A DNA stretch of 37,878 nucleotides from a virus (Duplodnaviria > Heunggongvirae > Uroviricota > Caudoviricetes): the IMG/VR virus record IMGVR_UViG_2654587996_000002, one strand, 5' to 3'. Below the pieces are notes generated by a model. It was not told the DNA's origin and searched no databases. It worked only from the letters and a program-made list of their open reading frames with translations. Below, in pieces: positions 18,153 to 27,798 of the stretch. The stretch's first letter is position 1. Each line of letters starts with the position of its first letter. A program made the position numbers and the translations under genes.

Positions 18153-19099
18153 TGCCTACCCCGATTACACCGGCGATGATCACCGCCCTGATGACGGGCT
18201 ACCGTTCTGATTTTCAGGCCGGGATGTCCATGGCTCCGTCGCAGTACCAGAAAATTGCGATGACCGTACCGTCCACGTCGAAATCCAACACCTACGGCTG
18301 GCTGGGGCAGTTCCCGCAGTTCCGTGAGTGGATTGGCTCCCGCGTCATCGAGAAGATGAAAGCCTATGGCTACGCCATCGTGAACAAAACCTTTGAAGGC
18401 ACCGTTGCCATTAGCCGCGATGACTTTGAAGACGACAATCTTGGCATCTACTCTCCGTTGTTCCAGGAGATGGGGCGCGCTGCGGCGGCACAACCGGATG
18501 AACTGGTCTTTGCTGCACTGCGTGACGGGATCAGTGCGGCCTGCTATGACGGCCAGAACTTCTTTGATACCGAACACCCGGTTTACCCCAAAGTGGATGG
18601 CTCCGGTGATGCGCAGATGGTCAGCAATATGTTTGTGGCAAAAACCGGCTCTGTCGGTGCACAGGCGGATTACAGTGGCCCGGCCTGGTATCTGCTCGAC
18701 TGTTCCCGCGCGGTAAAACCGCTGATTTATCAGGATCGCCGCAAGGCCGAACTGGTTGCCCAGACAAAAGTCGATGAAGGCCGTGCGTTTACTGATAACG
18801 AGTTTGTGTTCGGTGCTTCCGCCCGTCGCAATGTGGGCTACGGCTTCTGGCAGATGGCCTACATGATGCAGTCACCGCTGACGCTGGATGCGCTGTGGCA
18901 CGGCTGGTCAGCCATGCGTGACTTTAAGGCTGACGGTGGCCGCAAACTCGGCATCAAACCCACCCATATTGTTGTCCCCACCTCGCTGGAAAAACAGGCG
19001 GTGCAGCTGCTGGAGCGCGAGCTGTTCGCGGACGGTAACACCACCGTCTCTAACGAGATGAAGGGCAAGCTGGAGCTGGTTGTCGCGGATTATCTGTAA
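18152..19099 (+). CDS. major head subunit T (Mu gp34-like)
   Basis: 315 aa (Mu T about 305 aa); follows protease/scaffold; conserved Mu order. Confidence 0.8.
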   Translation: MPTPITPAMITALMTGYRSDFQAGMSMAPSQYQKIAMTVPSTSKSNTYGWLGQFPQFREWIGSRVIEKMKAYGYAIVNKTFEGTVAISRDDFEDDNLGIYSPLFQEMGRAAAAQPDELVFAALRDGISAACYDGQNFFDTEHPVYPKVDGSGDAQMVSNMFVAKTGSVGAQADYSGPAWYLLDCSRAVKPLIYQDRRKAELVAQTKVDEGRAFTDNEFVFGASARRNVGYGFWQMAYMMQSPLTLDALWHGWSAMRDFKADGGRKLGIKPTHIVVPTSLEKQAVQLLERELFADGNTTVSNEMKGKLELVVADYL

Positions 19100-19104
19100 A
19101 CGGT

Positions 19105-19127
19105 GAGCCGGGCTTACGGCCCGGCTC
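19105..19127 (+). terminator. stable stem-loop after major head gene (no U-tract; possible partial terminator or mRNA stabiliser)
   Basis: GAGCCGGGC-TTACG-GCCCGGCTC perfect 9-bp stem just after the capsid stop. Confidence 0.35.
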
Positions 19128-19142
19128 CTGCGGAGGGCAAAT

Positions 19143-19550
19143 ATGAATGAACATCACACTGTGGCAGCAACAGATGATTCAGGCCTTCAGGTCAGTGGTG
19201 ACAGTCCTGTCACGGTTCTGGCAGAAGTGCGTTGCAGTCGTGCGCAGTTTCGTCGTGCGGGGTTCCTGTTCATGCGGGGACGCCAGCAGGTTGACGTCAC
19301 CCCGGAGCAGCTTGCCCGACTGGAAGCGGAGCCATGCCTCATTGTACGAATACTACAGACGACTGGTGATGATGCGGGAGCCGTGGCGGGTGTGGTTCAT
19401 GCAGCGACCGGTGCAGATTTAGCCGAAGCCGAAGCCGAAGCCGAAGCCGAAGCCGAAGCCGAAGCCGAAGCCGAAGCCGAAGCCGTACAGGATGCGGCCC
19501 GGAAAAAGACCGGCAATAAAGCTAAACAGAAAAAAAAGGCGCGCGCATGA
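19143..19550 (+). CDS. hypothetical head-region protein with (Ala-Glu)10 repeat and Lys-rich C-terminus
   Basis: ORF between T and gp36-like gene; contains the GCCGAA tandem repeat; C-terminal KKTGNKAKQKKKARA; stop overlaps next start. Confidence 0.5.
   Translation: MNEHHTVAATDDSGLQVSGDSPVTVLAEVRCSRAQFRRAGFLFMRGRQQVDVTPEQLARLEAEPCLIVRILQTTGDDAGAVAGVVHAATGADLAEAEAEAEAEAEAEAEAEAEAVQDAARKKTGNKAKQKKKARA
19422..19484 (+). repeat. perfect hexanucleotide tandem repeat (GCCGAA) x10.5 encoding (AE)n
   Basis: Read directly from the sequence; in frame within CDS 19143-19550. Confidence 0.95.
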
Positions 19551-19966
19551 ATTACGCCACCGAAACCGATATGCGGGCACGTTACCGCGAGGATTTGCTC
19601 AGGCCATTACTGGCCGTGCCCCGTTCGGATGAACCGGACACGCGCAAGCTGAACCGGGCACTGACGGACGCGTCTGCCCTTATCGACAGTTACCTGTCTG
19701 CCCGTTACACGCTGCCGCTGGCGGTGGTTCCGGCGGTTCTTGTTCAGCACTGCTGCACGATTGCCTTTTATTACCTGTGCGATCAGCGGGCATCCGATCA
19801 GGCGCGTGACCGTTACCGTGAGGCGCTGGCATGGCTGAAAGACGTCATGAACGGCAATGTGCCGGTCGGCGTGGATACCGACGGTGCGGCCCCTGAATCC
19901 GGGGATTTACCGCAGGTGCAGTCTGATGCGGCGGTGTTCGGGCACAACCAGAAGGGCTTTATATGA
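19547..19966 (+). CDS. Mu gp36-like head-tail connector protein (DUF1320-like)
   Basis: 139 aa; conserved position after capsid; overlapping start/stop with neighbours. Confidence 0.6.
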   Translation: MNYATETDMRARYREDLLRPLLAVPRSDEPDTRKLNRALTDASALIDSYLSARYTLPLAVVPAVLVQHCCTIAFYYLCDQRASDQARDRYREALAWLKDVMNGNVPVGVDTDGAAPESGDLPQVQSDAAVFGHNQKGFI

Positions 19967-20526
19967 TTACGGAAACCGAACAGGCATATATCGCCCGCAT
20001 CCGTGAGTATTTCGGGAATGAACTGGTGTCTGTTGACCCCCATCCCGGCGACTGGAGCGACAGCGTGCTGCGCACCATGCTGATTAACGCCCCGGCTATC
20101 TATGTTGCCTGGCTGGGTGCCGATGAAGGGCGTACCCGTGGGCGTCTGGTCAGTCACTGGGTGTTCTACGTCATCGGCGACATGCTCAATGGCCGTGAGG
20201 TCAGCCGTCCGGGACTTTATCAGATTGTGGCCCGCCTGATTGCCGTACTGAACGGCTTCAGAACCGAAAAAACCTCACCGCTTTACTTTGAAAAGGCGGT
20301 TAACGGTTACACCGAAACGCAGGCAGACAGCGGAGCCGTGATGTACGCCCTTTATTTCTCATGCGAGGAAATGATCGACCCGCTGACGGATATCAGCTCG
20401 CTGGATGATTTCCTGCGCCATTACGAAATCTTTACCGAACCGGAAGGCACGCCGGAATTTAAGGCACACATCCGTCTGCCTGGTGCAACTGCCGCCGGTG
20501 AAAACGCCGGACTGTCAGAGGAATAA
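19963..20526 (+). CDS. Mu gp37-like protein (DUF1834-like)
   Basis: 187 aa; conserved position; ATGA overlap with upstream gene. Confidence 0.6.
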   Translation: MITETEQAYIARIREYFGNELVSVDPHPGDWSDSVLRTMLINAPAIYVAWLGADEGRTRGRLVSHWVFYVIGDMLNGREVSRPGLYQIVARLIAVLNGFRTEKTSPLYFEKAVNGYTETQADSGAVMYALYFSCEEMIDPLTDISSLDDFLRHYEIFTEPEGTPEFKAHIRLPGATAAGENAGLSEE

Positions 20527-20529
20527 CAG

Positions 20530-20808
20530 ATGACAACCATTTTTATTAAACCTGCGCCGGGATGCCTGATTCGCGATCCCGACACGATGACTCCGCTCTC
20601 ACAGGACGGTGAAGAGAAACCCTTCACTCCGTTCTGGTGCCGCCGTCTTAATGATGGCGACGTCATTGTGGTGGATAAAACGGCGGAGCCTGCCCCGGCT
20701 GCCACAACAGGTAATACCGGCGAGGCTGCAAAACCAGCGGGAGCGGCAGCAGAAAAACCTGCGGCGGCGGCTGAAAAACCCGCAGCATCAGATAAGGGGA
20801 CGTCCTGA
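20530..20808 (+). CDS. small protein with Ala/Pro/Lys-rich C-terminal low-complexity tail (Mu gp38 position)
   Basis: 92 aa; C-terminus AAKPAGAAAEKPAAAAEKPAAS; stop overlaps sheath start. Confidence 0.5.
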   Translation: MTTIFIKPAPGCLIRDPDTMTPLSQDGEEKPFTPFWCRRLNDGDVIVVDKTAEPAPAATTGNTGEAAKPAGAAAEKPAAAAEKPAASDKGTS

Positions 20809-22289
20809 TGATTAACTTTGATTTTATCGGCGATAACAATCGCATCCCGCTGGTACAGATTGAAATCAATAACTCAATGGCCGTGACCGGCACGCCGCCA
20901 CAGCGTCAGGCGGTGCTGTTATTTGGTCAGCGAAACCGTAATGCGTTTGGTGTTGTTGATTCTCCTGTCCGTATCACCCGCGCGTCTCAGGCAACAGAAC
21001 TCTGGGGGCGTGGCTCCATGATTGCTCAGATGGTGGCAGCGTTTATTGCCATTAACCCTGATACGGAGCTGTACGGCATTGCACAGGGGGAAGGCACTGG
21101 CACGGCCACATTCGGCACCATCACGCTTTCCGGTACAGCAACGGAAGACAATGTGCTGAATCTCTATGTTGCCGGGCGACCTTACCGTCTGGCCGTCAAC
21201 AAAGGCAAACCGGGTAATCTTCTGGCGGATGCGCTTGCCGCGATGATTAACGCAGACCTGGACTGTCCGGTCAGCGCCACGACCAGCGTCCCCCCGGATA
21301 ATCAGGATCAGACCAAAAAAGTGATCACCCTGACGGCAAAATTTACCGGCGAATGTTCCGTGCATGATATCCGGCTGAATTATTATTCCGGTGAAGTGAC
21401 ACCTGCCGGGCTTGTGGTGTCGGTTGCCGGTGGCACCGCGCCGAAAAACCCGGATATTACCAACAGCATCGCTGCCATGGGGACGCGCCAGTATAACTAT
21501 ATTGTGATGCCCTATAAGGATGCGGCGAATCTCAAAATTCTGGCGGATGAGCTGCTGAAACGCTGGGGACCGGTAAAAATGTCGGACGGTATGGTCTGGA
21601 TGGCGCATACCGGCACCTTCGGTACGGCAACCAGTTTTGGTGAGTCCCGTAATGATTTCCTGTTTACCTGTACCTCCATTCCGAAGGCACCGGAGCCGGA
21701 TTATGTCTGGGCTGCTTCCATTTGTGCAGTCTGTGCGCCGTCACTGTCTGCCGATCCTGCCCGCCCACTCCAGACGCTGGCGTTGCCTGCACGACTGGCA
21801 CCGGCAGAATCAGATCGCCTGACACGGGAAGAGCGGAGCAGCCTGCTTTATACCGGGATGTCCACGGTGACCGTCGCGGCCGCTGATGTGGTGCAGATTG
21901 AACGTCAGGTGACGATGTACCGTCAGAATGCATACGGCGAAAGCGATCCCAGCTATCTGGATGTGGAAACCATCTACACCCTGTCATATCTGCGTTATTC
22001 CCTGCGCACCTTTATCACGCAACGTTTTCCGCGCCATAAACTGGCTGATGACGGGACGCCCGTTCGTGCCGGTCAGAATATCGTGACGCCGGAGATCATG
22101 AAACTTCAGTTAATTTCGCTGGGTGAAGAGTGGGTGGATCTGGGACTGGTCGAAAATCTGGACACCTTTAAAAAGAATCTGCTCGTGGAGCGCAACACAA
22201 AAGACCGTAACCGTCTGGATGTGATGTGTACACCGGATCTGGTTAACCAGTTCCGCTTCATGGCCGCGCAGATCCGTTTCATTTTGTGA
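20808..22289 (+). CDS. contractile tail sheath protein (Mu L-like)
   Basis: 493 aa (Mu L about 495 aa) immediately upstream of tail tube gene. Confidence 0.8.
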   Translation: MINFDFIGDNNRIPLVQIEINNSMAVTGTPPQRQAVLLFGQRNRNAFGVVDSPVRITRASQATELWGRGSMIAQMVAAFIAINPDTELYGIAQGEGTGTATFGTITLSGTATEDNVLNLYVAGRPYRLAVNKGKPGNLLADALAAMINADLDCPVSATTSVPPDNQDQTKKVITLTAKFTGECSVHDIRLNYYSGEVTPAGLVVSVAGGTAPKNPDITNSIAAMGTRQYNYIVMPYKDAANLKILADELLKRWGPVKMSDGMVWMAHTGTFGTATSFGESRNDFLFTCTSIPKAPEPDYVWAASICAVCAPSLSADPARPLQTLALPARLAPAESDRLTREERSSLLYTGMSTVTVAAADVVQIERQVTMYRQNAYGESDPSYLDVETIYTLSYLRYSLRTFITQRFPRHKLADDGTPVRAGQNIVTPEIMKLQLISLGEEWVDLGLVENLDTFKKNLLVERNTKDRNRLDVMCTPDLVNQFRFMAAQIRFIL

Positions 22290-22297
22290 GGTAAGGC

Positions 22298-22663
22298 ATG
22301 AGCGGAAAACAGTATCAGGGCACGGCCACCATCCGTGTGAACGGACAGGAGTACGACACCCTTGAGGGAGCCACGTTCTCCCCGTCCGGCTTTGAGCGTG
22401 AAGTGGTGAAAGGCGCGAAAGTTTACGGCTATCGCGAGAAACCCCGTGAGGCGACGCTGGACTGTAAATTTCCGGCTGGCGGAGAAGGTTCACCGGCTGC
22501 CGATGAAATCAACACCTGGACTGCGGTCACGATTGAGTTTGTGGCCGATACCGGTGAAGTCCACATGATGACGAAGGCCTGGAGCAGTGAACCGGCCTCG
22601 CTTGACGGTGGCGGTGATATCTCCGCGAAGTTCGCCAGCGCCACCAGTACCCGTGTCCAGTAA
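22298..22663 (+). CDS. tail tube protein (Mu M-like)
   Basis: 121 aa directly after sheath; size and position typical. Confidence 0.75.
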   Translation: MSGKQYQGTATIRVNGQEYDTLEGATFSPSGFEREVVKGAKVYGYREKPREATLDCKFPAGGEGSPAADEINTWTAVTIEFVADTGEVHMMTKAWSSEPASLDGGGDISAKFASATSTRVQ

Positions 22664-22677
22664 TCAGGAAAAATGTA

Positions 22678-23157
22678 ATGAGCACACGTAAGAAAAAAAC
22701 GACGGTTTCTGACGAGGCCGTGATGAATGCTATCCGGGATGCACTTGAAGACGGCGATCCCCGCACCGCCGGACTGGCTGAACAGCTGGCGAACGGCTAT
22801 GTGGATCTGCTCGACGGCCTGCCGTTCGGGGAATCCCGTGAATACCGCGTCACCTTCCGCGAACTGACGGCGAAAGACAGCATTGACGCGGAAACCGAGG
22901 CCGAGCGTCTTATGGAAACCCGAAATGGCGGCCCGGTTCTGATAGCCTCACCGGCACTGCGCGGCATTGCACTGCTGCGCCGTCAGATTGCCGCTGTCGG
23001 CCAGATTGAGGGGCCATTGTCTCCGCGTCAGATCGGACAGCTCAGCGAGCGCGATCTCTCCCGTCTGATGGCGGCGGTAAGCCTGCTTGATTCCGCGATG
23101 GCAGGAAAGCTGGTCGCTGAACGGGGGCGACCAGATGCAGTGCCGGGATCAGATTGA
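22678..23157 (+). CDS. tail assembly chaperone (Mu gp41-like)
   Basis: 159 aa acidic protein between tube and tape measure. Confidence 0.6.
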   Translation: MSTRKKKTTVSDEAVMNAIRDALEDGDPRTAGLAEQLANGYVDLLDGLPFGESREYRVTFRELTAKDSIDAETEAERLMETRNGGPVLIASPALRGIALLRRQIAAVGQIEGPLSPRQIGQLSERDLSRLMAAVSLLDSAMAGKLVAERGRPDAVPGSD

Positions 23158-23281
23158 AGAAGCCGCAATTGTGCTGGGGATGGTGACAAAAAGCGGCCCG
23201 GAGTGGGCGCTTAACCTCCCCTTATCACAGCTTTACCGGCACTGCCGACAGACCGAAAAAATTCTCAGAACGAAGCAGTAA
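23087..23281 (+). CDS. overlapping ORF that could be the frameshift extension of the tail chaperone (speculative)
   Basis: 64-codon ORF in another frame overlapping the 3' end of the chaperone and ending 4 nt before tape measure; no classic slippery heptamer seen. Confidence 0.25.
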   Translation: MIPRWQESWSLNGGDQMQCRDQIEEAAIVLGMVTKSGPEWALNLPLSQLYRHCRQTEKILRTKQ

Positions 23282-23284
23282 CCC

Positions 23285-25342
23285 ATGGCAAAAAACCTGA
23301 AAGCCTCCCTGATTGTCGATTTACTCGGCAATATTTCCGCCAAATCCCGCCAGTGGTCACAGGAGCTGGGGGCGTTCTCCCGTTCCGGCAGGACAGGCCT
23401 GGGTGGTCTTGGAAATGCAGCCCGCCGGGCCGGTCAGGAAACGGAACTTGTCGGCTCCCGTATGCAGCGAACGCTTGCCGGTGTTCGTGGCAGCATCCGC
23501 ACGGTAACGTCAGATTTTGACCGCCTGCAGGGCAGCATTACCGGCACCATCGGGCGGATAAGCAACCTTTACGGGATGCTGGCGGGAGGGGCTGCGGTCT
23601 ACGGTTTTAATAAAGCCTTTATCCGCCCGGCCGCAGAGATGGAGAACTATATTCTGCGTCTCAACGCCATTAATCATGGCGATACGGCAAAAACGGAAGC
23701 AGTGAAAGCTTGGGCAGTACAGAACGCCAAAGACACCACCTGGGGGCTGGCGGGGGTTATGCAGGAATACGCCTCCAGTCGCGGGTTTGGCATGAGTGAC
23801 AGGGAAGCCCGTCGCTTTATTACCATGCTTCAGGATCAGGGCGGCTATCACGGCTGGTCACTGTCAGATGCACAGGGTGCGTCCCTGCAACTCAAACAGA
23901 TGTTTGCCCGCCAGAGTATCCAGGCAGCGGACGCCAATATTCTGACCGGATACGGGATTAACGTTTACCAGTTACTGGCCGATAAGCTGGGCGTAAACCA
24001 GAAGATCATCCGTGAGAAAGGCGAAAAAGGAAAACTGGGGCCGGACAGCATTCGCCTGTTATTTCAGGTGATGGCCGAACAGGCAAAAGGTGCCCAGAAA
24101 AACGCCATGAATTCCTGGACGGGAATGACGTCCATGATGGGCGACGTCTGGGATCAGTTTGCCCGTGAAGTGATGGCAAAGGGACCGTTTGACAGCCTGA
24201 AAAAGAGCCTGAAAGGCTTTCTGGATTATGCTGATGCGGCACAGAAAAGCGGCTTACAGGATAAGCTGGCCACACAGACGGCCTCAGCCCTGAATCAGGG
24301 ATTCGAGTATGCCAGAGACGCTGCAACCGGCTTTTACCGGGTCATTCAGAAAGTCAGGGAAACGCTTCAGGCACTGCGCGACGCCGGTTATGGCGATGCA
24401 CTGGATCGTATTGGTCAGGGGGCGCAGACCGCCGCAAAATACCTGATGTATATGTATCTCGCCTCCCGCGCGCTGAAGGTGCTCAGGTTTGCGGGGACGG
24501 GGGCATTACGTCTTGGTGCAACCCCCTTACGCTATGGTATGGCGATGACCTCCGTGCTGACGTCGCCCTTCCGCAAACCGCAGACCACTGTGCCGGGAAC
24601 GCAGCCCGGACGCGCTGGCCGCTTCCTGAATTTCCTTACCGGGGTAAATCCTGCTGCCGTTCAGCCCGTGCTGGTCACCAACTGGCCTGCGGGTGGCATG
24701 GCCTCAGGTGGCGGGGATGTGGTGGTCAGCGGTGACGGCAAAACCGTGCGAGGCCGTAAAAAACGCGGCCCCGGACGCGGGCGGGGTGTCACGACCGTCG
24801 TGACCGCCGGTGAGCAGCTGGCGGAGAGCGCCGGTAAACAGGGCTTCTTCGGCCGTATGATGAGCCGTGCCGGTGGTCTGCTAACGGCGGCCGGAAACCG
24901 CATGGGGCTGGGGCGTTTTGCCGGGCTGTTCCGTGGTGCCGGTCGGCTGGGTGGTGGTGCCCTGTGGGCCGGTGCCATGGCGGCTCCTGTATTGCTGGAC
25001 AGCAGCGCCAGCGCAGCCGATAAAGCCGGTGCCGTGGGTTCCCTTGCCGGAAGTATCGCCGGTGGCGCGCTGGGGGCTGCTGCCGGTCCGGTCGGGGTTG
25101 CCATTGGTTCCACGGTGGGCAGCTATCTCGGTGATTATCTGGGGGGCTGGCTGACGCAGGCCTGGCAGAAACTGCGTGGCAGCAGTGACGAAAACGGCGG
25201 ACAGGCCACCGCGAAAACCGCCGCACGGGTGGAGCTTGTGGCCCCTGAAGGCTGGCGGGCGCGCAGTATTGATGTGGATGATACCGCACAGCATGGCCTG
25301 GATGTGAACGTCTGGAACGGAGGGAACTATGGCCTCTACTGA
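23285..25342 (+). CDS. tail tape measure protein
   Basis: 685 aa, helical N-terminal two-thirds and Gly/Ala-rich C-terminal third; located after chaperone. Confidence 0.8.
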   Translation: MAKNLKASLIVDLLGNISAKSRQWSQELGAFSRSGRTGLGGLGNAARRAGQETELVGSRMQRTLAGVRGSIRTVTSDFDRLQGSITGTIGRISNLYGMLAGGAAVYGFNKAFIRPAAEMENYILRLNAINHGDTAKTEAVKAWAVQNAKDTTWGLAGVMQEYASSRGFGMSDREARRFITMLQDQGGYHGWSLSDAQGASLQLKQMFARQSIQAADANILTGYGINVYQLLADKLGVNQKIIREKGEKGKLGPDSIRLLFQVMAEQAKGAQKNAMNSWTGMTSMMGDVWDQFAREVMAKGPFDSLKKSLKGFLDYADAAQKSGLQDKLATQTASALNQGFEYARDAATGFYRVIQKVRETLQALRDAGYGDALDRIGQGAQTAAKYLMYMYLASRALKVLRFAGTGALRLGATPLRYGMAMTSVLTSPFRKPQTTVPGTQPGRAGRFLNFLTGVNPAAVQPVLVTNWPAGGMASGGGDVVVSGDGKTVRGRKKRGPGRGRGVTTVVTAGEQLAESAGKQGFFGRMMSRAGGLLTAAGNRMGLGRFAGLFRGAGRLGGGALWAGAMAAPVLLDSSASAADKAGAVGSLAGSIAGGALGAAAGPVGVAIGSTVGSYLGDYLGGWLTQAWQKLRGSSDENGGQATAKTAARVELVAPEGWRARSIDVDDTAQHGLDVNVWNGGNYGLY

Positions 25343-26687
25343 CACGCCGGGGCGTGGCTCCTTTCGTGGCGTACCGTTCCTGGTTTATCAGGAGCAGCGG
25401 GAACGGGGCGGACGTAACATTGTGCGCCGTGAATACCCACTGCGTGAAAGCGGCGGTGCGGATGATCTGGGGCCAAAACTCCCGGAGTTCACATTCACGG
25501 TTCTGGTGACCGGAGACGATCTTCAGACACAGCGAAGCCGCCTGCGTGATGCGCTGCGTGCACCCGGTGCCGGTGAACTGATGCACCCGGATTACGGCAC
25601 GTTAAACGTGCTGATAAACAGCTTTGAAAGCCGTTATAACGCCAGCGAGCAGGGAACGGTTGAGTTCACGATCAACGTGATCCCCGCCAGTGACGATACC
25701 GCCCCTTCGGTGGCAGAAGATACGGCAGCTGCGCTGGAGCAGAAAAGCGGCTCAGCAATGAATCAGCTGTTTAACACGCTTTCAGACGGCTGGACGGTGA
25801 TTTCAGACGGTCTGCATGATGTACAGGCCATGACCGACACCATCAGCGATAAGATTGATGCACTGGAGAATGCCGTTTCGGGGATGGGGATTGTGCAGGA
25901 TATCAGTGCCTTTACGGCCAGTTTTACTGCCCTGAAAGGCAATGCCGCCGCCCTGATTAATGCGCCCCGTCGCATGGCTGAATCGCTGGCCGGAATGTTT
26001 GCCGTGCTGACCGGGCTGCCCGGCGATCCTTCCCTGTCTCTGACCGGAAAAGCCGGAACGCCGTCCGGCAGCCTGACCACAAACCGTGACAGCATGGCAG
26101 AGCAGGCCATGCCGCAGCTGTACCGCACACTTTCCTCCCTGCGTTACACCCTCAGCGAACAGGATGATCCACAGCGCCTGATTGGCCTGACGCCTGCGGC
26201 ACAGAAAAATATCCGTCTGCTGCGGAGCGTGATGCAGAGTGCAACCCTGGTGTCGCAGGCACAGACGGTCGGAAAACTGCTGGATCAGGTCATCCGGCAG
26301 AATACGACGCACGTTCAGGATACTGACCGTTCGGGCGGACTGGCATGGCTGGAAAGTTCTGCTGATGTGCAGCGTATCAACCGGGATTTGAGCGATGCCA
26401 TGGAACAACAGGTGCTGGATCTGTCCGCACAGGGCTATACCGGGACTGCCCTTGCATTACGTGATGCAGGGCTTGCGCTGACAGAAGATTTAACCACACG
26501 GAGCGTGCATCTTCCCGGTGCTTTTCAGGTCATGGTTCGCACCACCGAACCGGCACTGGTCACGCTGTACCGTGCCACCGGCAACAGCAGTCGCTGGCAG
26601 TATTTTGTCCGCAGAAACAATATCTCCGATCCGGTTTTTGTTCCGGGTGGCCGCAGCGTGGAGGTGATCAGTGAGCAGCAGGATTGA
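25329..26687 (+). CDS. Mu P-like protein (DNA circularisation protein family)
   Basis: 452 aa following tape measure with overlapping start; conserved Mu order. Confidence 0.7.
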   Translation: MASTDTPGRGSFRGVPFLVYQEQRERGGRNIVRREYPLRESGGADDLGPKLPEFTFTVLVTGDDLQTQRSRLRDALRAPGAGELMHPDYGTLNVLINSFESRYNASEQGTVEFTINVIPASDDTAPSVAEDTAAALEQKSGSAMNQLFNTLSDGWTVISDGLHDVQAMTDTISDKIDALENAVSGMGIVQDISAFTASFTALKGNAAALINAPRRMAESLAGMFAVLTGLPGDPSLSLTGKAGTPSGSLTTNRDSMAEQAMPQLYRTLSSLRYTLSEQDDPQRLIGLTPAAQKNIRLLRSVMQSATLVSQAQTVGKLLDQVIRQNTTHVQDTDRSGGLAWLESSADVQRINRDLSDAMEQQVLDLSAQGYTGTALALRDAGLALTEDLTTRSVHLPGAFQVMVRTTEPALVTLYRATGNSSRWQYFVRRNNISDPVFVPGGRSVEVISEQQD

Positions 26688-27798
26688 ACTGTATATCGGC
26701 GGCAGTATTTTTTCCGGCTGGCTGACGGTCAGCGTCCGTCGCTCGCTGGAGCATCTGGCCGGGTCGTTTGAACTGGGGCTGATGCTGCCCGGTGAGCGCA
26801 TCCCCTCAGCCCTGCGGACCGGTCAGTCCCTGACGCTCAGAATTAACGGACAGACGGTCATCAGTGGCTGGCTGGATCAGGTCAGTCAGCGGATCAGTGC
26901 AACCCGTCATCAGATCAGCATCAGCGGTCGGGATAAAACCGGCGACCTGGTGGACTGTGCCGCCATCCATCCCGGCAGCCAGTGGCGCAACCGGACGCTG
27001 GCACAGATTGCCGCAGATTTATGTGCGCCCTTCGGGATAGCTGTGCGCTGGCAGGTTAACGACGACACGGCTGCACGCCCTTTCAGCTCTTTTACGCTGG
27101 AAAACTCAGAAACCGTGGCGGATGCGCTGACCCGTGCTGCCCGGCATCGCGGGGTGCTGGTGACCAGTAATGCTGACGGCGATCTGGTGTTCACCCAGGC
27201 AGGAAGCCAGCAGACGGACAGACTGGTGCTGGGAGATAACCTGCTTGATGCCGATTACAACACGGACTGGCGCGGACGATACAGCGAATACCGTGTCCGG
27301 GGACACGGGCGCGGTGGTGGCAAACGGGGAGACAGCGAATCCGCCGCCCGGCTGGCAGCACCTGTGGGCGTCATCAGTGATGAGCAGATCGGCCGCTACC
27401 GGCCGAAAATCATCCTCGCCGATCAACAGACAGACGCCACCGGTGCACGGCAGCGTGCCCTGCGTGAAATGCGCCGTGCGATTGCCCGTTCAGAACGGTT
27501 TTCTGCCACCGTGCGTGGCTGGTTCCGGGATGATGGCCGGTTATGGGATGTCAATCTGCTGACCGGTGTTTCAGCCCTGCGTTTCGGTATCGAACAGACT
27601 GAACTGCTGGTCTGTCAGGTGGAGTTTTTACTGGATGAACAGAACGGGGATGTCACCCGGCTGGTTCTGGCACCGCGTGACGGCTTTATCGTTCCGGCAG
27701 AGCCGGACAGCAAAGGCCGTGGCGGTGGTTCCGGTGATGATGTTGATGCCTTTATTCGCCAGCAGATGAAAAAACAGGGGATCAGCTTTGATGAATGA
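26671..27798 (+). CDS. Mu Q-like tail/baseplate protein
   Basis: 375 aa; GTG start overlapping P; conserved position. Confidence 0.65.
   Translation: MSSRIELYIGGSIFSGWLTVSVRRSLEHLAGSFELGLMLPGERIPSALRTGQSLTLRINGQTVISGWLDQVSQRISATRHQISISGRDKTGDLVDCAAIHPGSQWRNRTLAQIAADLCAPFGIAVRWQVNDDTAARPFSSFTLENSETVADALTRAARHRGVLVTSNADGDLVFTQAGSQQTDRLVLGDNLLDADYNTDWRGRYSEYRVRGHGRGGGKRGDSESAARLAAPVGVISDEQIGRYRPKIILADQQTDATGARQRALREMRRAIARSERFSATVRGWFRDDGRLWDVNLLTGVSALRFGIEQTELLVCQVEFLLDEQNGDVTRLVLAPRDGFIVPAEPDSKGRGGGSGDDVDAFIRQQMKKQGISFDE

Noticed and set aside
19422-19484. Tandem repeat considered as a possible CRISPR-like array
   Set aside because: Perfect 6-bp repeats with no spacers and an intact coding frame; this is a coding microsatellite, not CRISPR.
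20919-21608. 229-aa minus-strand ORF antisense to the tail sheath gene
   Set aside because: Embedded in a conserved structural gene on the opposite strand; Arg/His-rich composition typical of spurious antisense frames.
24789-25586. 265-aa minus-strand ORF (and nested 24661-25113, 24881-25345 ORFs) antisense to the tape measure gene
   Set aside because: Pro/Arg-rich translation produced by the reverse complement of the Gly/Ala-rich tape-measure 3' region; no independent start context.
25803-26408. 201-aa minus-strand ORF antisense to the P gene
   Set aside because: Same reasoning: antisense frame within a conserved late gene, biased composition.
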